From: Hemiscyllium ocellatum
Taxonomy: Eukaryota
DNA length: 64,000 nt
Direction: 5' to 3'
NCBI RefSeq assembly: GCF_020745735.1
Contig: NC_083409.1
Location: 18,062,341 to 18,126,340, forward strand
The notes under the pieces are model-generated. The model saw only the letters and a program-made list of their open reading frames with translations. It did not search any database and was not told the origin of the DNA. Both the position numbers and the translations under genes were made by a program. Every line of letters begins with the position of its first letter. Within the stretch, counting starts at the first letter, position 1. Positions 48,296-62,300 of the stretch are shown here, one piece after another.

Positions 48296-49951
48296 CTCTT
48301 TCTTTCTATCTCACTCTCTCTGTCTCAGAGTCATTGATGTGAACAGCACTGAATGAGGCCATTTGGCCCATTGTGTCTGTGCTGGTAAACAAAGATCTGA
48401 TGACACTAATCCCATCCTCCAGCTCTTGGCCCATTACCCTGGAGGCTACAGCAACACAAGGGAATATCTAAACACTGCTCCAATTGTCACGAGAGTTTCT
48501 GACTCAACCAGCCTTTCAGGCAGTGAGGTTCAGACTCTCACCACCCTCTGGGTGAAAATATTTCTTCTCAACTCTCCTCCCACTCTCCAACTCGCCTGGC
48601 CATGGAGTCACTCGTGTTCAGAACGATGAGAGGGGATCTGATTAAAACATATAAAATTGTAACTGGGCTGGGCAGGGAGGAGGTTTCCCCTGGTTGGGAG
48701 TCTGGAACCAGGGGACACAGGCTCAGGGGGATACAGGGTTGACCATTTCGGACTGAGATGAGGAAACATTTCTTCACTCAGAGGGTGGTCAACCTGTGGA
48801 ATTCTCTACCACTGAAGGCTGTGGAGGACAAGGAACTGAATACATTCAAGTAAAAGAGAGAGATAATTGTTTTGCATTTTAACAGCTTGAAGAGAATGGG
48901 GAGAAGGCAGGAATATGGCTTTGAGAGAGAGGATCAGACATAGATCTTAGAATGCCTACAGTGTGGAAACAGGCCATTTGGCCCGACTAGTCCACACCGA
49001 CCCTCAAAAAAATGATGACATTCAAAACTTGATACAGCCATGATCATACTGAATGACAGAGCAGAATCAAAGGGCCGAATGGCCTACTGCTGCTCCAAGT
49101 TTCTACGTGTCCATGTCTGTGTTACCTTAATCTCTGTACCAGATTATGAAGTCCTTTACTGATGTAAAATGTGCCATCCTACCCACCCTATCACTGTCCT
49201 GAATAATCTTATCCCTCTCTATCAGGTCCCTTTTGAGCCTTCACTGCTCAAAGCTCACATTCAGGCAGCATCCTGGAAAATCTCCCCTGTACCCTCTCAG
49301 GTACCATCACATTCTTCCCAGAGTGTGGTGACCAGGACTTGTCCCTCTCTCTCTGACTCACATCTGCCATTTCTTTCTCTCTACCTCTATCTCTCTCTCC
49401 TAATGTTAATCTCTTTCATGTTCTCTCCCTCTCTCTCTCACACACACACACACGCGCTCTGTCTCATAGCCACATTCTCCAACTCACTGATGCTTTCTGA
49501 CTACATCTTATCATCTGTTTCGCCATCTCTCACTGTCTCTGTTACTCGCTCCCTCTCTCACTCAGCCTCCAATTGTTACCTGTCACTCTCTATTCCTCCC
49601 TCTTTCTCTCTCCCTCCCTCTCTATCTTCCAATTTACAGTCTCTCTCCCCCTCTCTCTGTCATTATAAATCTACCCATACTCATCTCTCTTTCTCTCACA
49701 ATCAACCCTACCCTCCCTCTCAACTCTCTTCATGCTTAGTCTCACACCCATCCTGTCTCTTTCTCTCTCTCTCTCCTTGTCTCTTTGTCTCTCTCCATCC
49801 CTCTCAGTCACACTGTCTCACATCTTGTTTTTCTCTCTCTATCCCTCAACCTCACCATTTCTACCTCCCTCTACCCCTCTCTTGGTCCCCTCACATATCT
49901 TACACCGTATCAGATGCTCGTCCCTCTATCTCTCTCTCTCACTTTCTTTCT

Positions 49952-49957
<6 letters not shown>

Positions 49958-50015
<58 letters not shown>
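49958..50015. repeat. (CA)29 microsatellite within a CT-rich low-complexity tract (~49330-50060)
   Basis: Direct reading of the sequence. Confidence 0.95.
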
Positions 50016-50017
<2 letters not shown>

Positions 50018-50869
50018 TTTTCCCTCCATCTCTCTCTGTCTCACTGCTCTCTCTTTCTGACAGTGTCCTGGGTGGTGACAGTTGAATGCAGGATAAATCT
50101 CCCTCTGCTTTGCCCCACTAATGGATGTTAACCTTTGACCCCTGTCTTCTCCTTGAGTAAGACCCTATTTCCACGTTGACCAGGGTTTGGCCTCTCTCAC
50201 GAAGATGGACAGATTCTGGTCAAATGAAGGGCAGTTCTGTGCTGTTCTGTGCTGTTGGCCTATTCTCACTGGGGACTGATTTGGACACAAACCTCATTCC
50301 ATGAAGGCCTAGCAGAGAGAGGAGATCCTCAGGCCATCAGTGTGAGTTGGAGGCACAGGACAGGCTCTGACCACTGACCCATCCTGTCCATTCACAACAT
50401 GTTCCAATCCCTTCCCCTCTCCTTCCCCTTCCATGGTCAGTCTTTTCTGAAATGGAGTGGTCCCTTCCCTGTCTCACACCAAGGAGGAGATGGACAGATA
50501 TTTAATGGGTAATGGGTTAAAGGATGATGGAGAGTGGGCAGGAAAGTGGAGTTGAGTCTGAGATGTGATCAGCCATGATTGTATTAAATGGTGGAGTGGG
50601 CTCGAGGGGCTGAATTGCCTGCTCCTGCTCCTAGTTCTTATGTTCCTCCACCCCCTCCCCCATCCCTCTTACTGCAACTTTGTGAACATTCTTGGAATGT
50701 TTGGACATCGAAGGAGTTATGTGAATTCAGGATTTGTGTGGATTTAATGTGGGGACAGAATTGCACACGGGCTGTGATAGCTCCTGCGGTTGAATATCCT
50801 GCTGGCAGGCTTCCGCCTTCCATATACAGATGGGGAAGTGGGGGAGGTCGGAATGTACTGCCGGGGTAC

Positions 50870-52980
50870 ACGGCACTGTCCTCTAGCAATGTGGTTGACT
50901 CTCTAGTGCCCTCTGAAATGGCCGCGCAAGGCTCTCAGTTGTATCAATTATGACAATGTTCCAACAAAGAAATGAGACCGGACGGACCACAGGCATCGAT
51001 CTAGACACCGAAAAGACAATGACAGAAACAGCCCTGTCTACCCTGCTCCATCCTCCTTACTGACATCTGGGAGCTAGGGCCAAATTCAGGAGAGCTGTCT
51101 CACAGATGACTCAAGCAACAGCCTGACACTGTCATACTCACAGAACCATACAGACAATGTCCCAGACACTGCCATCACTGTCCCTGCATGTGTCCTGTCC
51201 CACCAGAAAGGCAGACCCAGCAGAGCTGATGACACAGTGGTCTACAGCCAGAAGGGAGTTACCCTGGGAAGTCTCAAAGTTGGCTCTGGACCTCATGACA
51301 CCAGGTTAAACATGGGCGTGGAAACCTCCTGGTGATTACAAGGTATCTTGCTCCCTCAGCTGATGAATCAGTCTCTCCTGGATGTTGAACAACATTTAGA
51401 GGAAGCACTGAGGGTGATGACAGCAGAGAGTGTACTCTGGATGGGGGGTTTCAATGTCCACCACTGAGAGTGGCTCGGCAGCAGCATTACTGATCGAGCT
51501 GGTTGGTTCCTCATGGATGTAGCTGAGGGACTGGCTGTGCAGCTGGAACCAAAAATGATGGATAAAGATGCTTGACCCCATCCTCACCAATCTTGTGGCT
51601 GTAGGTGCATCTATCCTTGACAGTATTGGTAAGAGTGACCAGCACACAGTCCTTGTGGAAACAAAGTCTGACCTTCACATTGAGAATCCCCTCCATTGTG
51701 TTGTGTGGTACTATCACAGTGCTAAATAGGACAGACTCCGAACAGATATTGCAACTCAAGGCAAACTTGTAAATGGGGATGATTGCCAAAGATTGCATAA
51801 TGCTCAGCACTCTTCTCAACTCCACAGATACTGAAGCAGTCCACATGCAAATGCAACAATATCTGGACAATATCCAGGTTTTGTCTGAGAAGTGACATTT
51901 CCCATTGGTGCCATGCAAATGCCAGCCAATCACCATCACCAATAAGAGACAAACTTAACATCGCCCCTTGACAATCCATGCTATTACCATCACTGAATCC
52001 CCACGATCAACATTCTTGAGGTGCCATTGACCAGAAACACAACTGGATTCACCAAAGAAACACAGTGGTTACAAGAGCAAGTTAGAGGCTAGGAATACTG
52101 CATCCAGTAATTCACCTCCTGATCCCCCAAAGCCTGTCATCAATCAGAAGTGTGAGCAAATACTCCCCACTTGCCTGGACAGGTGCAGCTCCAACAACAT
52201 TCATAGATTGATAGTGTCACAGAGTCATACAGCACAGAAACAAACCCTTAAGCCAAACTTTTACATGCTGACCAGGTTTTCTGAAGTGAAATCATCTTAT
52301 TTGCCTGCATTTCACACATATCCCTTGAAACCTTTCCTATCTATGTCGATTGTATCCTATGTCTTTCTTATCCACTCAAAAAGCTTGATACCATCCAGAG
52401 CAAAGCAAACTCCTTGATTGGCATCGCATTCTCAAAGCATCCAAACTCACCGTCACTGACACTCCATAGCAGCAGTGTGTATTATTGATAAGACGCACTG
52501 CAGAAATTCATCACTGATCTTCAGATAGCACCTTCCAAACCCATGGACAAAAATAGAAATTGCAGGAAAAGCTTAGCAGGTCTGGCAGCATCTTGGAGAG
52601 AAATCAGAATTTACATTTCGGGTTGAGCATGAAATATTAACTCTGATTTCTCTTCACAGATGCTGCCAGACCTGCTGAGCTTTTCCAGCACTTTCTATTT
52701 TTGTCTCAGATTTAGAGCATCTGCAGTTCTTTTGGTTTCCCTCCAAACCCACGTTCACTTCCATTTAGAACAAGAGCAGCAGATACATGGGAACACTGTG
52801 ACTGCAAGTGCCCCTCGAAAAAGCTTAGCATCCGGACTTGGAAATATGTCGCTGATCCCTCAGACTTGCTGGGTTAAAATGCTGGCATTCTCTCCCCAAC
52901 AGCATTGTGGGTCAACTTACGTCTTGTGGACTATAGTCAAAAAGTCAGGTTCCCACCGCCTTCTCCAGGGTAACTAGGGA
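50870..52980 (+). mobile_element. Decayed non-LTR retrotransposon (APE and RT pieces)
   Basis: VLWMGGFNVHH-like endonuclease motif near 51430-51470 and RT 3' fragments. Same family as 870-1200. Confidence 0.6.
52544..52741. mobile_element. 198-bp fold-back Penelope-end insertion (third variant), hammerhead core lost
   Basis: TSD TCCAAACCCA (52534-52543 and 52742-52751). Inverted arms 52546-52705. Confidence 0.7.
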
Positions 52981-53299
52981 CAGGGTAAAAAATGTTGGCC
53001 CAGCCGGTGATGCCCACTTCCCACAAGTGAATATGCAAAACCAAATGAAGTGTTCCTCAGGAGGGGAGAGGGAATGTTCAGGATCCTGAACTCCATTTCC
53101 CAGCCCAGGCAGTTTGTCTCCCAATGAATGAATGAGATGCCAATTTGAAGCCCAGGTTCAGGGCAGTCTCACTCTGTGGACATGAGGTCTATAAGAGAGA
53201 ATTGGAGATTGAGCTGTAAAGGAAAGATTTGCTGGGTTATGGGGAGAGAGAGGGGAGCAGTGGGATTCACTGGGTCATTCAAAGGCATGATGGGCTGAA

Positions 53300-53550
53300 T
53301 TGCCTCCTCCTGTGTTGTCAGATTCCAGGGAGTGCAGACAGTTTACAGTTTTCTCCCGTCTCAGTAACAAACACCCAGCTGCTCCGAGCTCCTTCTTTCA
53401 CTTCCTCTCTTGGTGAAGTTTCAACCTTACGATCTGACAGTCTTTGCGTTTATTATTAACATTGGGGCTTTCTACTGTGGTCAGAATCTCTAATAATAAG
53501 TGTCCAATCAGTGACAATCACAGCAGCTAAGAGCAGTCAGGACTGAGGAG
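53300..53550 (-). promoter_or_regulatory. Conserved upstream element of cluster B with Ets-IRF composite site
   Basis: TTTCACTTCC at 53396-53405 (reverse of GGAAGTGAAA) and CAGCTG at 53376-53381. Paralog of 301-550. Confidence 0.6.
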
Positions 53551-53559
53551 CCAGGCTCA

Positions 53560-54240
53560 CTGGGAAACACATTGGCAGAATCAAAGCCATCCTCTTCAGC
53601 TCCTGATACAAGCTCCATCCCTCTCCCTGAGTACTATCTGCTGCTCAACCAGACTCTTCACAACTTTGGCCTCATCTTTGGGGCTGATTTGAGGCCCAAA
53701 TCCTACACATCACAATTATCAGCCACTGAAAATCTCAACCATGTTTTTGTGACCATTCCAATGTTGTCCAGGCCCACATCACAGCCACTGGCTTCCTTAA
53801 ACATCAGCTCATCCCAAACTCTGCTGTCTGTGTTCAAACTCACACCAAGTCCACCCCATACCCCTGCCCACGCATCCCCACCCCACCATGACCATCACAA
53901 TCCTCACTGACTGACATAAGCTCCTGGTCCAGCAACACCTCGATTTTCAAATTCTCGTCCTTGTTCTCAATCTGCTCCCTGTTCTTCCACCCTCCCGATC
54001 TCTGTGACCTCCTCCAAGCTGCCTCACTCAGTGTGATCAATAATCTTGGATATATGGCCCTCTGTTTCTTCATCCAAGTCATTGAGAAATATCGTGAAAA
54101 GCTGAGGTCCCAGCACAGATCCCTGGGAATACCACTACTCACATCTGGCTCATTGGAACACATGCACATTATCCTTCCTCTCTGTCTCCTAGACAGACCC
54201 ATTCCTGACCCAAGGCAAATGCATTTCTCAAATTCCATCC
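53560..54240 (+). mobile_element. Decayed L2-like LINE fragment(s)
   Basis: LNQTLHNFGLIFGADLRP resembles the L2 RT C-terminal LGVIFD motif. Confidence 0.5.
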
Positions 54241-54799
54241 AATTCCATGATTTGGAGATGCCGGTGTTGGACTGTCGTGTAAATGTTAAAAATCACAGAA
54301 CACCAGCTTCTAATGCAACAGGTTTGTTTGGAAGCATTAGCGTTTGGAGCGCTGGTCCTTCATCAGATGGTTGTGGAGTGTAAGATCTGAATCAATGTTT
54401 CTTTTGTGGAACATTCTTAAATGTCTTTTGGAATTCCCTATTGACAATAGCCATCGACATTCCCTTATATCCCACATTAGTGAGCTCCTAGCAAAGTGTA
54501 ACCCGGTTAGTTAAAGATGTCTGAACCTTTGTCAATCCATGCTGATTCTCTCGGACCAGTTCATATTTGTCCGTTATTCTGTCTCTAAAAACAGACTCAA
54601 TCACTTCCTGACAACAGACATTCAATGGAGATGTTCATTGTCATTGAGGCTTGTAAACAGCTAGCATTGACACGAGGAGCTGAACAGCCTCCTCCTGTGC
54701 TGGCACCTTCTCTGTCTCCTGGACGGAAATATTTTACAGATTAAAAACTAAAGACCAGCAGCAAATTTTAAAATATAAATTAAAATCTCCTCAAATAAT

Positions 54800-57650
54800 T
54801 CCCACATACAGGGCCGGGCGATGTGTAGTAATTGCACGATGGGGAAGGTGGTGGAGCCCATTGTAGCTCAGAGTGACCACATCTACAGCAAGTGTTGGTT
54901 GCTCAAGGCACTCCAGCTCCGAGTTGATGAGCTGGAATCTGATCTTCAAACACTGCGACACATCAGGGAGGGGGAGAGTTACCTGGAAACTGTGTTTGGG
55001 GAGACAGTCACACCTTGTAGGTTAAATACTTCAAATTATAGCCAGTGGTCAGGGACAGGAGGGTGTGACAAAAAGTGAACATGCCGATGCAGCCTGGATT
55101 TAGCCTTACAGGTGCCTCAGCTCCTTGTCCAACAGGAATGAGGGACTTGCTCCCTGTGTCAATGAGGAAAAGGATTGTCGAGAGAATGGGCAAATGTCGT
55201 TTGAGGATTTTGGTGATAGTGACCATAACTCTGTAAGTTTCAAAGTCATGATATAAAAAGATAAAGATAGAGCAGAAATTATAATGTCTAAACTGGGGAA
55301 AATGTAGGGATGTGTAGGTTAGGTGCATTAGCCATGGGATAAGCAGATTTACAGGGATAAGGTAGGGAGACAAGTCTGGGTGGGATGCTCTTCAGAATGT
55401 TGGTGTGGACTCATTGGTCTGAATGGCCTGTTTCACACGGTATGGATTCTATGATTCGATGACTCCTAAGGGCAGTCATTGCTGGCTTGGCCAGAGATGT
55501 CCATTTCCTATGAATGAATGAAGGAAACCACTGCACCATGGTCCAGGAGGCCACTCAGATTGGGGGAGCACAAAGAAAAGAGGGGTCTTGATAATGAGGG
55601 GAACTGATAGCATCCTTTGTGAGCAGGATTGAGAGCCCCACATGGTGTGTTGCCTGCCTGGTTTCAAGGTAAGGGCATCTCGAGCTGGGCTTTTAAGTAT
55701 AACAGACATGGGGGGGCGTGGGGGGGGGGGTGCTGGGGGTTGGGGGAGGACATGGTGTTGAGGATCCAGTTGTTGTTGTATGTGTTGGGACCAACAACAT
55801 CAACAAAAATCGGCAAAAGGTCCTATTTGGGCAATATCAGGAAAGCTATCAGAAGGATATTGATTAAACAGATGGAGAGAAATAAGAAAGAGATGAATAC
55901 AGCATCAGTGCTGAGGAACAGAGTCCAGTGAATGGACCAAATAAGATTTCTATATCCGAATGCACGGAGTGTAAGGAATAAATACAATAATCTGCAGGCA
56001 CAAATTCACATTTAAGATTGTGGTATCGGATCAATTACTGAGCCATAGTTGCAGAATCATTCAGATTGGGAACGATATCTATCGGGTTAGAAGGTTCACA
56101 GGATGGATATAGGGAAATGGCAGAAGAGGTGGAGCAGCTTTATTGATGAGGGAAAAAATGGCTTCAATGGTGAGGGAGGTCATAATGAGGAGAAAACATT
56201 CAGTGGGACTGAGGAGCAGGAAATGATCTAAAACTGTAGTAGATGTTGGATACAGACCCCCCTGACAGCAGCTCTGAGGTGCTGGATTATATAAATGGAG
56301 GAACTAGACAAGTGTGGAGCAAAGCCAGTGTATTATTAATGGTGAAGTTTAACTTTAACTTAGATTGGGAGACAGACAAGCCCTCTGTCAGAAAGGTAGT
56401 GAATTGCTGCTGTGTGTCCAGAATAGTTTCCAACAGCAATAGGTCCTGGATACAACAAGGGGACAAGCAATATTGGAATTAGTAACGAATAATGAGCCAG
56501 ATTTAGTTCGTAACTATTTGTGCATGAACATTTATCAAATAGTGATCATAACATGATCGAGTTCAGTCTCGCATTTGAAAGTAAAAAGCATGAATCAGCT
56601 GCTAGAATTTGAGATTAAGGTAAGGGTCGACTTTAACGAGATGCGACAGAGACTGTCCACAGTAAACTGGGAAACTCTACTCATGGGGAGTAGTTGAATC
56701 TGGTTTTAGAGACAGAATGTCTGACAAATATGAGCAGATCAGAGTAAGTCAGCATGGATTTAAAAAGGGTCAGATATCTTTAATTAACCTGGTTACATGT
56801 TTTAACGAGGTCACTAATGTGTGACATAAGGGAATGTGTTGTTTATATGGACGTCCAGATGACATTCAAGGAAGTTCCACACAAGTGTTATAATGTTATC
56901 GTTGGAACAAAGAGATGACAGATAAACATATTCTGGATCTTTCTGCTCAAATGAATTCTCAAATAAATCTCAGACATGTTGGTGAACTTGGAGTTTTATC
57001 AGAGGAAGGAGCGGAAGGAAGTCAGTTGTTGGGGGAAAATGTTTCTGGGAAAACTAAAGTGTGTTAAATCAGCAGGGCCAAATAATCTATTTTCAGGAGT
57101 GCTTCAGGAAGTGGTTGTAAAATATTAGAAACATTGATGGTTATCTGTTTCTCAACTGTGGAATAGATCCTACAGAGTGGAGGGAGTTAATTTAACAAAT
57201 TATTGAAAGAGAGAGAGAGAGAGAGGGAAAATAAGAAATTTTAGACCAATTAGCCAGAAATCAGCAGTGGAGAAAATGCCCAAGTTCATTATAAAATATT
57301 TTATAGCTTAGCACTTTGTAAACAGTGACAGAACTGGACAGAGTCAGCATGGATTGTCGAAAGGGAAATCGACTGGAATTGTGTGAGGATGTAGCAAGTG
57401 GATTTGATAAGGGGGGCCCATGGATATGGTTTGTTTGGACTTTGTAAGGGGAGTAGATCGGCGGTTCTGTGGTCAAAAACGAGACTCACGAATAGCATGT
57501 TGCCTCCCAGTTATACGGCTCAGGGATGTCTCAGATCGGCTGCAGGATATTCTGAGGGCAGAGGTGAACAGCTAGCTGTGATGGTTCATGTAGGAATGAT
57601 ATTGGTAATAAATGGAATGAGGTCCTACAAACAGAATTTAGGGAGTTAGG
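54800..57650 (+). mobile_element. Decayed CR1 fragments (ORF1 zinc-finger/coiled coil, esterase, endonuclease pieces)
   Basis: CSNCTM...CWLLKALQLRVDELESDLQTLRHIREGESYL. Confidence 0.65.
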
Positions 57651-57659
57651 AACCATATT

Positions 57660-59320
57660 AAAATTCCTGAATAAAGGAAGTCAGGGGTCTGAGTTGAGTA
57701 TGGTTGCCATTACAAAAGCGATAGTGCTAGAAAAGCTAAAAAGTCTTAAAATTGATAAATCTCCTGGCCCCGATGGGATACATCCTAGAGGTCTGAGAGA
57801 GGTGGCTGAGGAAATAGAAGAGGCATTGGTTGAGATCTTTTAAGAGTCACTGGAGTCAGGGAAAGTCCCGGATGATTGGAATATTGCTGTAGTAACCCAC
57901 TTGTTCAAGAAAGGATCAAGACAAAAGATGGAAAATTATAGGCCAATTAGCCTAACCTCAGTTGTTGGTAAAATTCTAGAATCCATCATTAAGGATGAGG
58001 TTTCTAAATTCTTAGAAGAGCAGAGTCTGATTAGAACAAGTCAACGAGGATTCAGTAAGCAGAGGTCATGCCTGACAAACCTGTTGGAATTCTTTGAAGA
58101 GGAGACAAGTAGGTTAGACCAGGGAAACCCAGTGGATGTGGTCTATCTAGACTTCCAAAAGGCCTTTGATAAGGTGCCACACGAGAGGCTGCTGAGCAAG
58201 GTGAGGGCTCATGGTGTTCGAGGTGAGCTACTGGGATGGATTGAGGATTGGCTGTCTGACAGAAGGCAGAGAGTTGGGATAAAAGGTTCTTTTTCGGAAT
58301 GGCAGCCGGTGACAAGCGGTGTCCCATAGGGTTCAGTGTTGGGGCCACAGCTGTTTGCATTATATATATTAATGATCTGGATGAAGGGACTGGGGGCATT
58401 ATAACGAAGTTTGCAGATGATACGAAGTTAGGTGAACAGGCAGATAGTACTGAGGAAGTGGGGAGGCTACAGAAGGATCTAGACAGTTTGGGAGAGTGGT
58501 CCAGGAAATGGCTGATGGAATTCAACATGAGCAAATGCGAGGTCTTGCAGGTTGGCAAAAAAAAAGCATAGGCTACTTTCTAAATGGTGAGAAAATTCGT
58601 AAAGCCAAAGTACAAAGGGATCTGGGATTGCTAGTCGAGGATTCTCTAAAGGTAAATATGCAGGTTGAGTCCGTGATTAAGAAAGTGAATGCAATGTTGT
58701 CACTTACCTCAAGAGGGTTGGAATATAAAAACACCGTTGTGCTACTGAGACTTTATAAAGCTCTGGTTAGCCCCATTTGGAGTACTGTGTCCAGTTTTGG
58801 TCCCCACACTTCAGGAAGAACATACTGGCACTGGAACGTGTCCAGTGGAGATTCACACGGATGATCCCTTGAATGGTAGATCTAACATATGAGGAACGGC
58901 TGAGGATCCTGGGATTGTATTCAGGGGAGATTTAATAGAGACATACAAGATAATACATGGCTTGGAAAGGGTGGAGGCAAGGAAATTGTTTCCGTTAGGA
59001 GAGGAGATTAGGACCCGTGGACGCAGCCTTAAAATTAGAGGGGGTAAATTCAGAACAGAAATGCGGAGACATTTCTTCAGCCAGAGAGTGGTGGGCCTGT
59101 GGAATTCATTGCCGCAGAGTGCAGTGGAGGCCGGGACACTAAATGTCTTCAAGGCAGAGATCGATCGATTCTTGTTGTCTCGAGGAATTAAGGGCTACGG
59201 GGAGAATGCGGGTAAGTGGAGTTGAAATGCCCATCCGCCATGATTGAATGGCAGAGTGGACTCGATGGGCTGAATGGCCTTACTTCCACTCCTATGTCTT
59301 ATGGTCTTTTGGTCTTATGG
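57660..59320 (+). mobile_element. Relatively young CR1 LINE, 3' RT half with (cttatggt)-like tail
   Basis: NYRPISLTSVVGKILESII...VDVVYLDFQKAFDKVPHERLL...KFADDTKL, with few disruptions. Confidence 0.9.
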
Positions 59321-62300
59321 TAGGATCTCAGAGGTAGTAATCTCAGGATTGCTCCCAGTGCCATGTGCTAGTCAGAGTCGAAATGAAAATATTGGCAGGA
59401 TGAATGCGTGGCTTGAGAGATGGTGCAGGAGGGAGGGGTTCAGATTTTTGGGACATTGGGACTGGTTCCTGGGGAGGTGGGACAATTACAAATCGAGTGG
59501 TCTACACCTGGGCAGGACTGGAACCAATGTCCTGAGGGATGTGTTTGATCACGCTCTTGGGGAGGGTTCAAAATAGTGTAGCAGAGGGATGGGAACCAAA
59601 TGAGGAGGTTAGTGGGCAATAATGAGGGAGTAACTAAAGCCTGTCAGGAACTAGATATTGAAGTCAGCGTGACTAAGGTTAAGAGTAGGTAGGGAGCAGA
59701 TGATGAACGCAAAGGAACAAATGGTCTTAGGCACATTTGTTTTAATGTGAGAAGCGTAGTAGGTAAGGCAGAGGAATTTAGGGCTTGGATTAGTATCTGG
59801 GAGTATGATGTTATTGCTATTACTGAGACGTGGTTGAGGGAATGGCAAGATTGGCAATTAAATATCCCAGGATACAGATGTATCAGATGGGTTCGAGAGG
59901 GAGGTAAAAGGGATGGAGGAGTTGCATTACTGGTCAGAGAGGATAGAGAGGATATCACAGGTGTGCTGAAGGAGGGCACTATGGAGGACTCGAGCAGTGG
60001 GGCAATATGGGCAGAGCTCAGAAACAGGAAGGGTGCAGTAACAATGTTGGTGCTATCCTACAAGCCTCCTAACAGTGAACGTGAGATAGAGGTACAAATA
60101 TGTAAACAGATTATGGAAAGATGTAGGAGTAACAAGGTGGTGGTGATGGAAGATTTTAATTTTCCCAACATTGACTGGGATTGACTTCATGTTAGAAGTT
60201 AAAATGGAGCAGAATTTGTAAGGAGCATCCAGGAGGATTTTACAGAGTAATGTGGAAATAGTCTAACTCAGGAAGGGGCCATACCGGACCTGGTGTAAGG
60301 GAATGAGCCCGGCCAGGTGGTTGAAATTTCAGTAGGGGATTATTTTGGTAACAGTGACCACAGTTCCATAAGTTTTAGAATGCTCATGGACAAAGACGAG
60401 AGCGGTCTGAAAGGAAGGCGGCTAAACTGGGGGAAGGCCAACTATAGAAAAATTTGGCAGGAGCTGGGGAATGTGGATTGGGAGCAGCTGTTTAAAGGGA
60501 AATCCACATTTAGACCATAAACCATAAGACATAGGAGTGGAAGTAAGGCCATTCGGCCCATTGAGTCCATTCCGCCATTCAATCGTGGCTGATGGGCATT
60601 TCAACTCCACTTACCCACATTCTTCCCATAGCCCTTAATTCCTTGTGACATCAAGAATTTATCAATATCTGCCTTGAAGACATTTAGTGTCCCGGCCTCC
60701 ACTGCACTCTGCGGCAATGAATTTCACAGGCCCACCACTCTCTGGCTGAAGAAAAGTCTCTGCATTTCTGTTCTGAAATTTGATATGTGGGAGGCTTTTA
60801 AAGAGAGGTTGACTAGAGTCAGGACAGACATGTCAATAAGGGATTGAAATGGCAGGATTAGGAAACGCTGGATGACAGATGAAATTGTGAGACTAGCTAA
60901 GAGGAGAAGGGATGCATACATAAGGTCTAGGTAGCTGAAAACAGACAAAGCTTTGGAAGAATATCGTGAAAGTAGGACCAATCTGAAGTGAGGAATTAAA
61001 AGGGCTAAAAGGGGTCACAAAATATCATTCACAAACAGGATTAAGGAAAATCCCAAATCCTTTTATTCATATATAAGGAGCAAGAGAGTGACTAAAGAAA
61101 GAGTTGGCCCACTCAAGGACAAAGGAGGAAAGTTATGTGTGGAGTCAGAGAAAATGGATGAAATTCTTAATGAGTGATTTACGTTGGTATTCACCAAGGA
61201 GAGGGAAATGACAGATGTTGAAATTGGGGATAGATGTTTGATTACTCAGGTTCAAGTCGGTTTAAGGAAGGAGGAAATGTTGGGTATTTTAAAAGGCATC
61301 AAGGTGCACAAGTCCCCAGGTCAGGATGGGATCGATCCCAGCTTACTGAGGGAAGCAAGAGAGGAAATAACTGGGGCCTTAATCGATATCTTTGTAGCAA
61401 CCTTGAACATGGATGAGGTCCCAGAGGACTGGAGAATTACTGATGTTTAAGAAGGGTAGCCAAGATAATCCAGGTATGAACCAGTGAGCCTGATGTAGTG
61501 GTAGGGAAGCTGCTGGAGAAGATACTGAGGGATAAGATTTATTTACATTTGGACGAAAATTGATTTATCAGTTATAGGGTGCATGAAGTTGTGCAGGGAA
61601 TGTCATGTCTTACCAACTTTATAGAATCTTTTGAAAAAGTGATGAAGTTGATTGATGAGGGAAGGGCTGTGGATGTCATACACATGGATTTCAGGAATGT
61701 GTTTGATAAAGTTCCCCATGGCAGCCTGATAAAGAAATTTAAGTCGCATGGGGTCCAGAGTGTACTCACTAGATGGATAGAGAACAGGCTGGGCAACAGG
61801 AGACAGACAGTAGTAGTGGAAGGAGTTTCTCAGAATGGAGAACAGGAATCTGTGCTGGTACCGCTCTTGTTTTGATATACATAAATGATCTGGAGGAAGG
61901 TATAGGTGGTCTGAGTCACAAGTTTGCAGATGACACTAATATTGGTGCAGTAGCAGATAGTGAAGGGGACTGTCAGAGAATGTAGCAGAATATAGATAGA
62001 TTGGACAGTTGGGCAGAGAAACGGACGGATGGAGTTCAAATCAGGCAAATGCGATCTGATGAATTTTGGAAGATCCAAATCTGGAGTAAACTGTACGGTG
62101 AATGGAACACCCTGGGGAAAATTGATGCCCAGAGAGACCTAGGTGTTCAGGTCCATTGTACCCTGGAGGTGACAACACAGGTCGATAGAGTGGTCAAGAA
62201 GGTACATGGCATACCTTCCTTCACCAGACGTGGTATTCAGTACAAGAGTTGGAAGGTCATGTTAGAATTATATCAGACTTTGGCTTGGCCACATTTGGAA

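Noticed and set aside
49169-50131. 320-aa ORF and overlapping His/Thr-rich ORFs (also 4891-5550)
   Set aside because: These are translations of CT/GA low-complexity sequence, (CA)n and an N gap.
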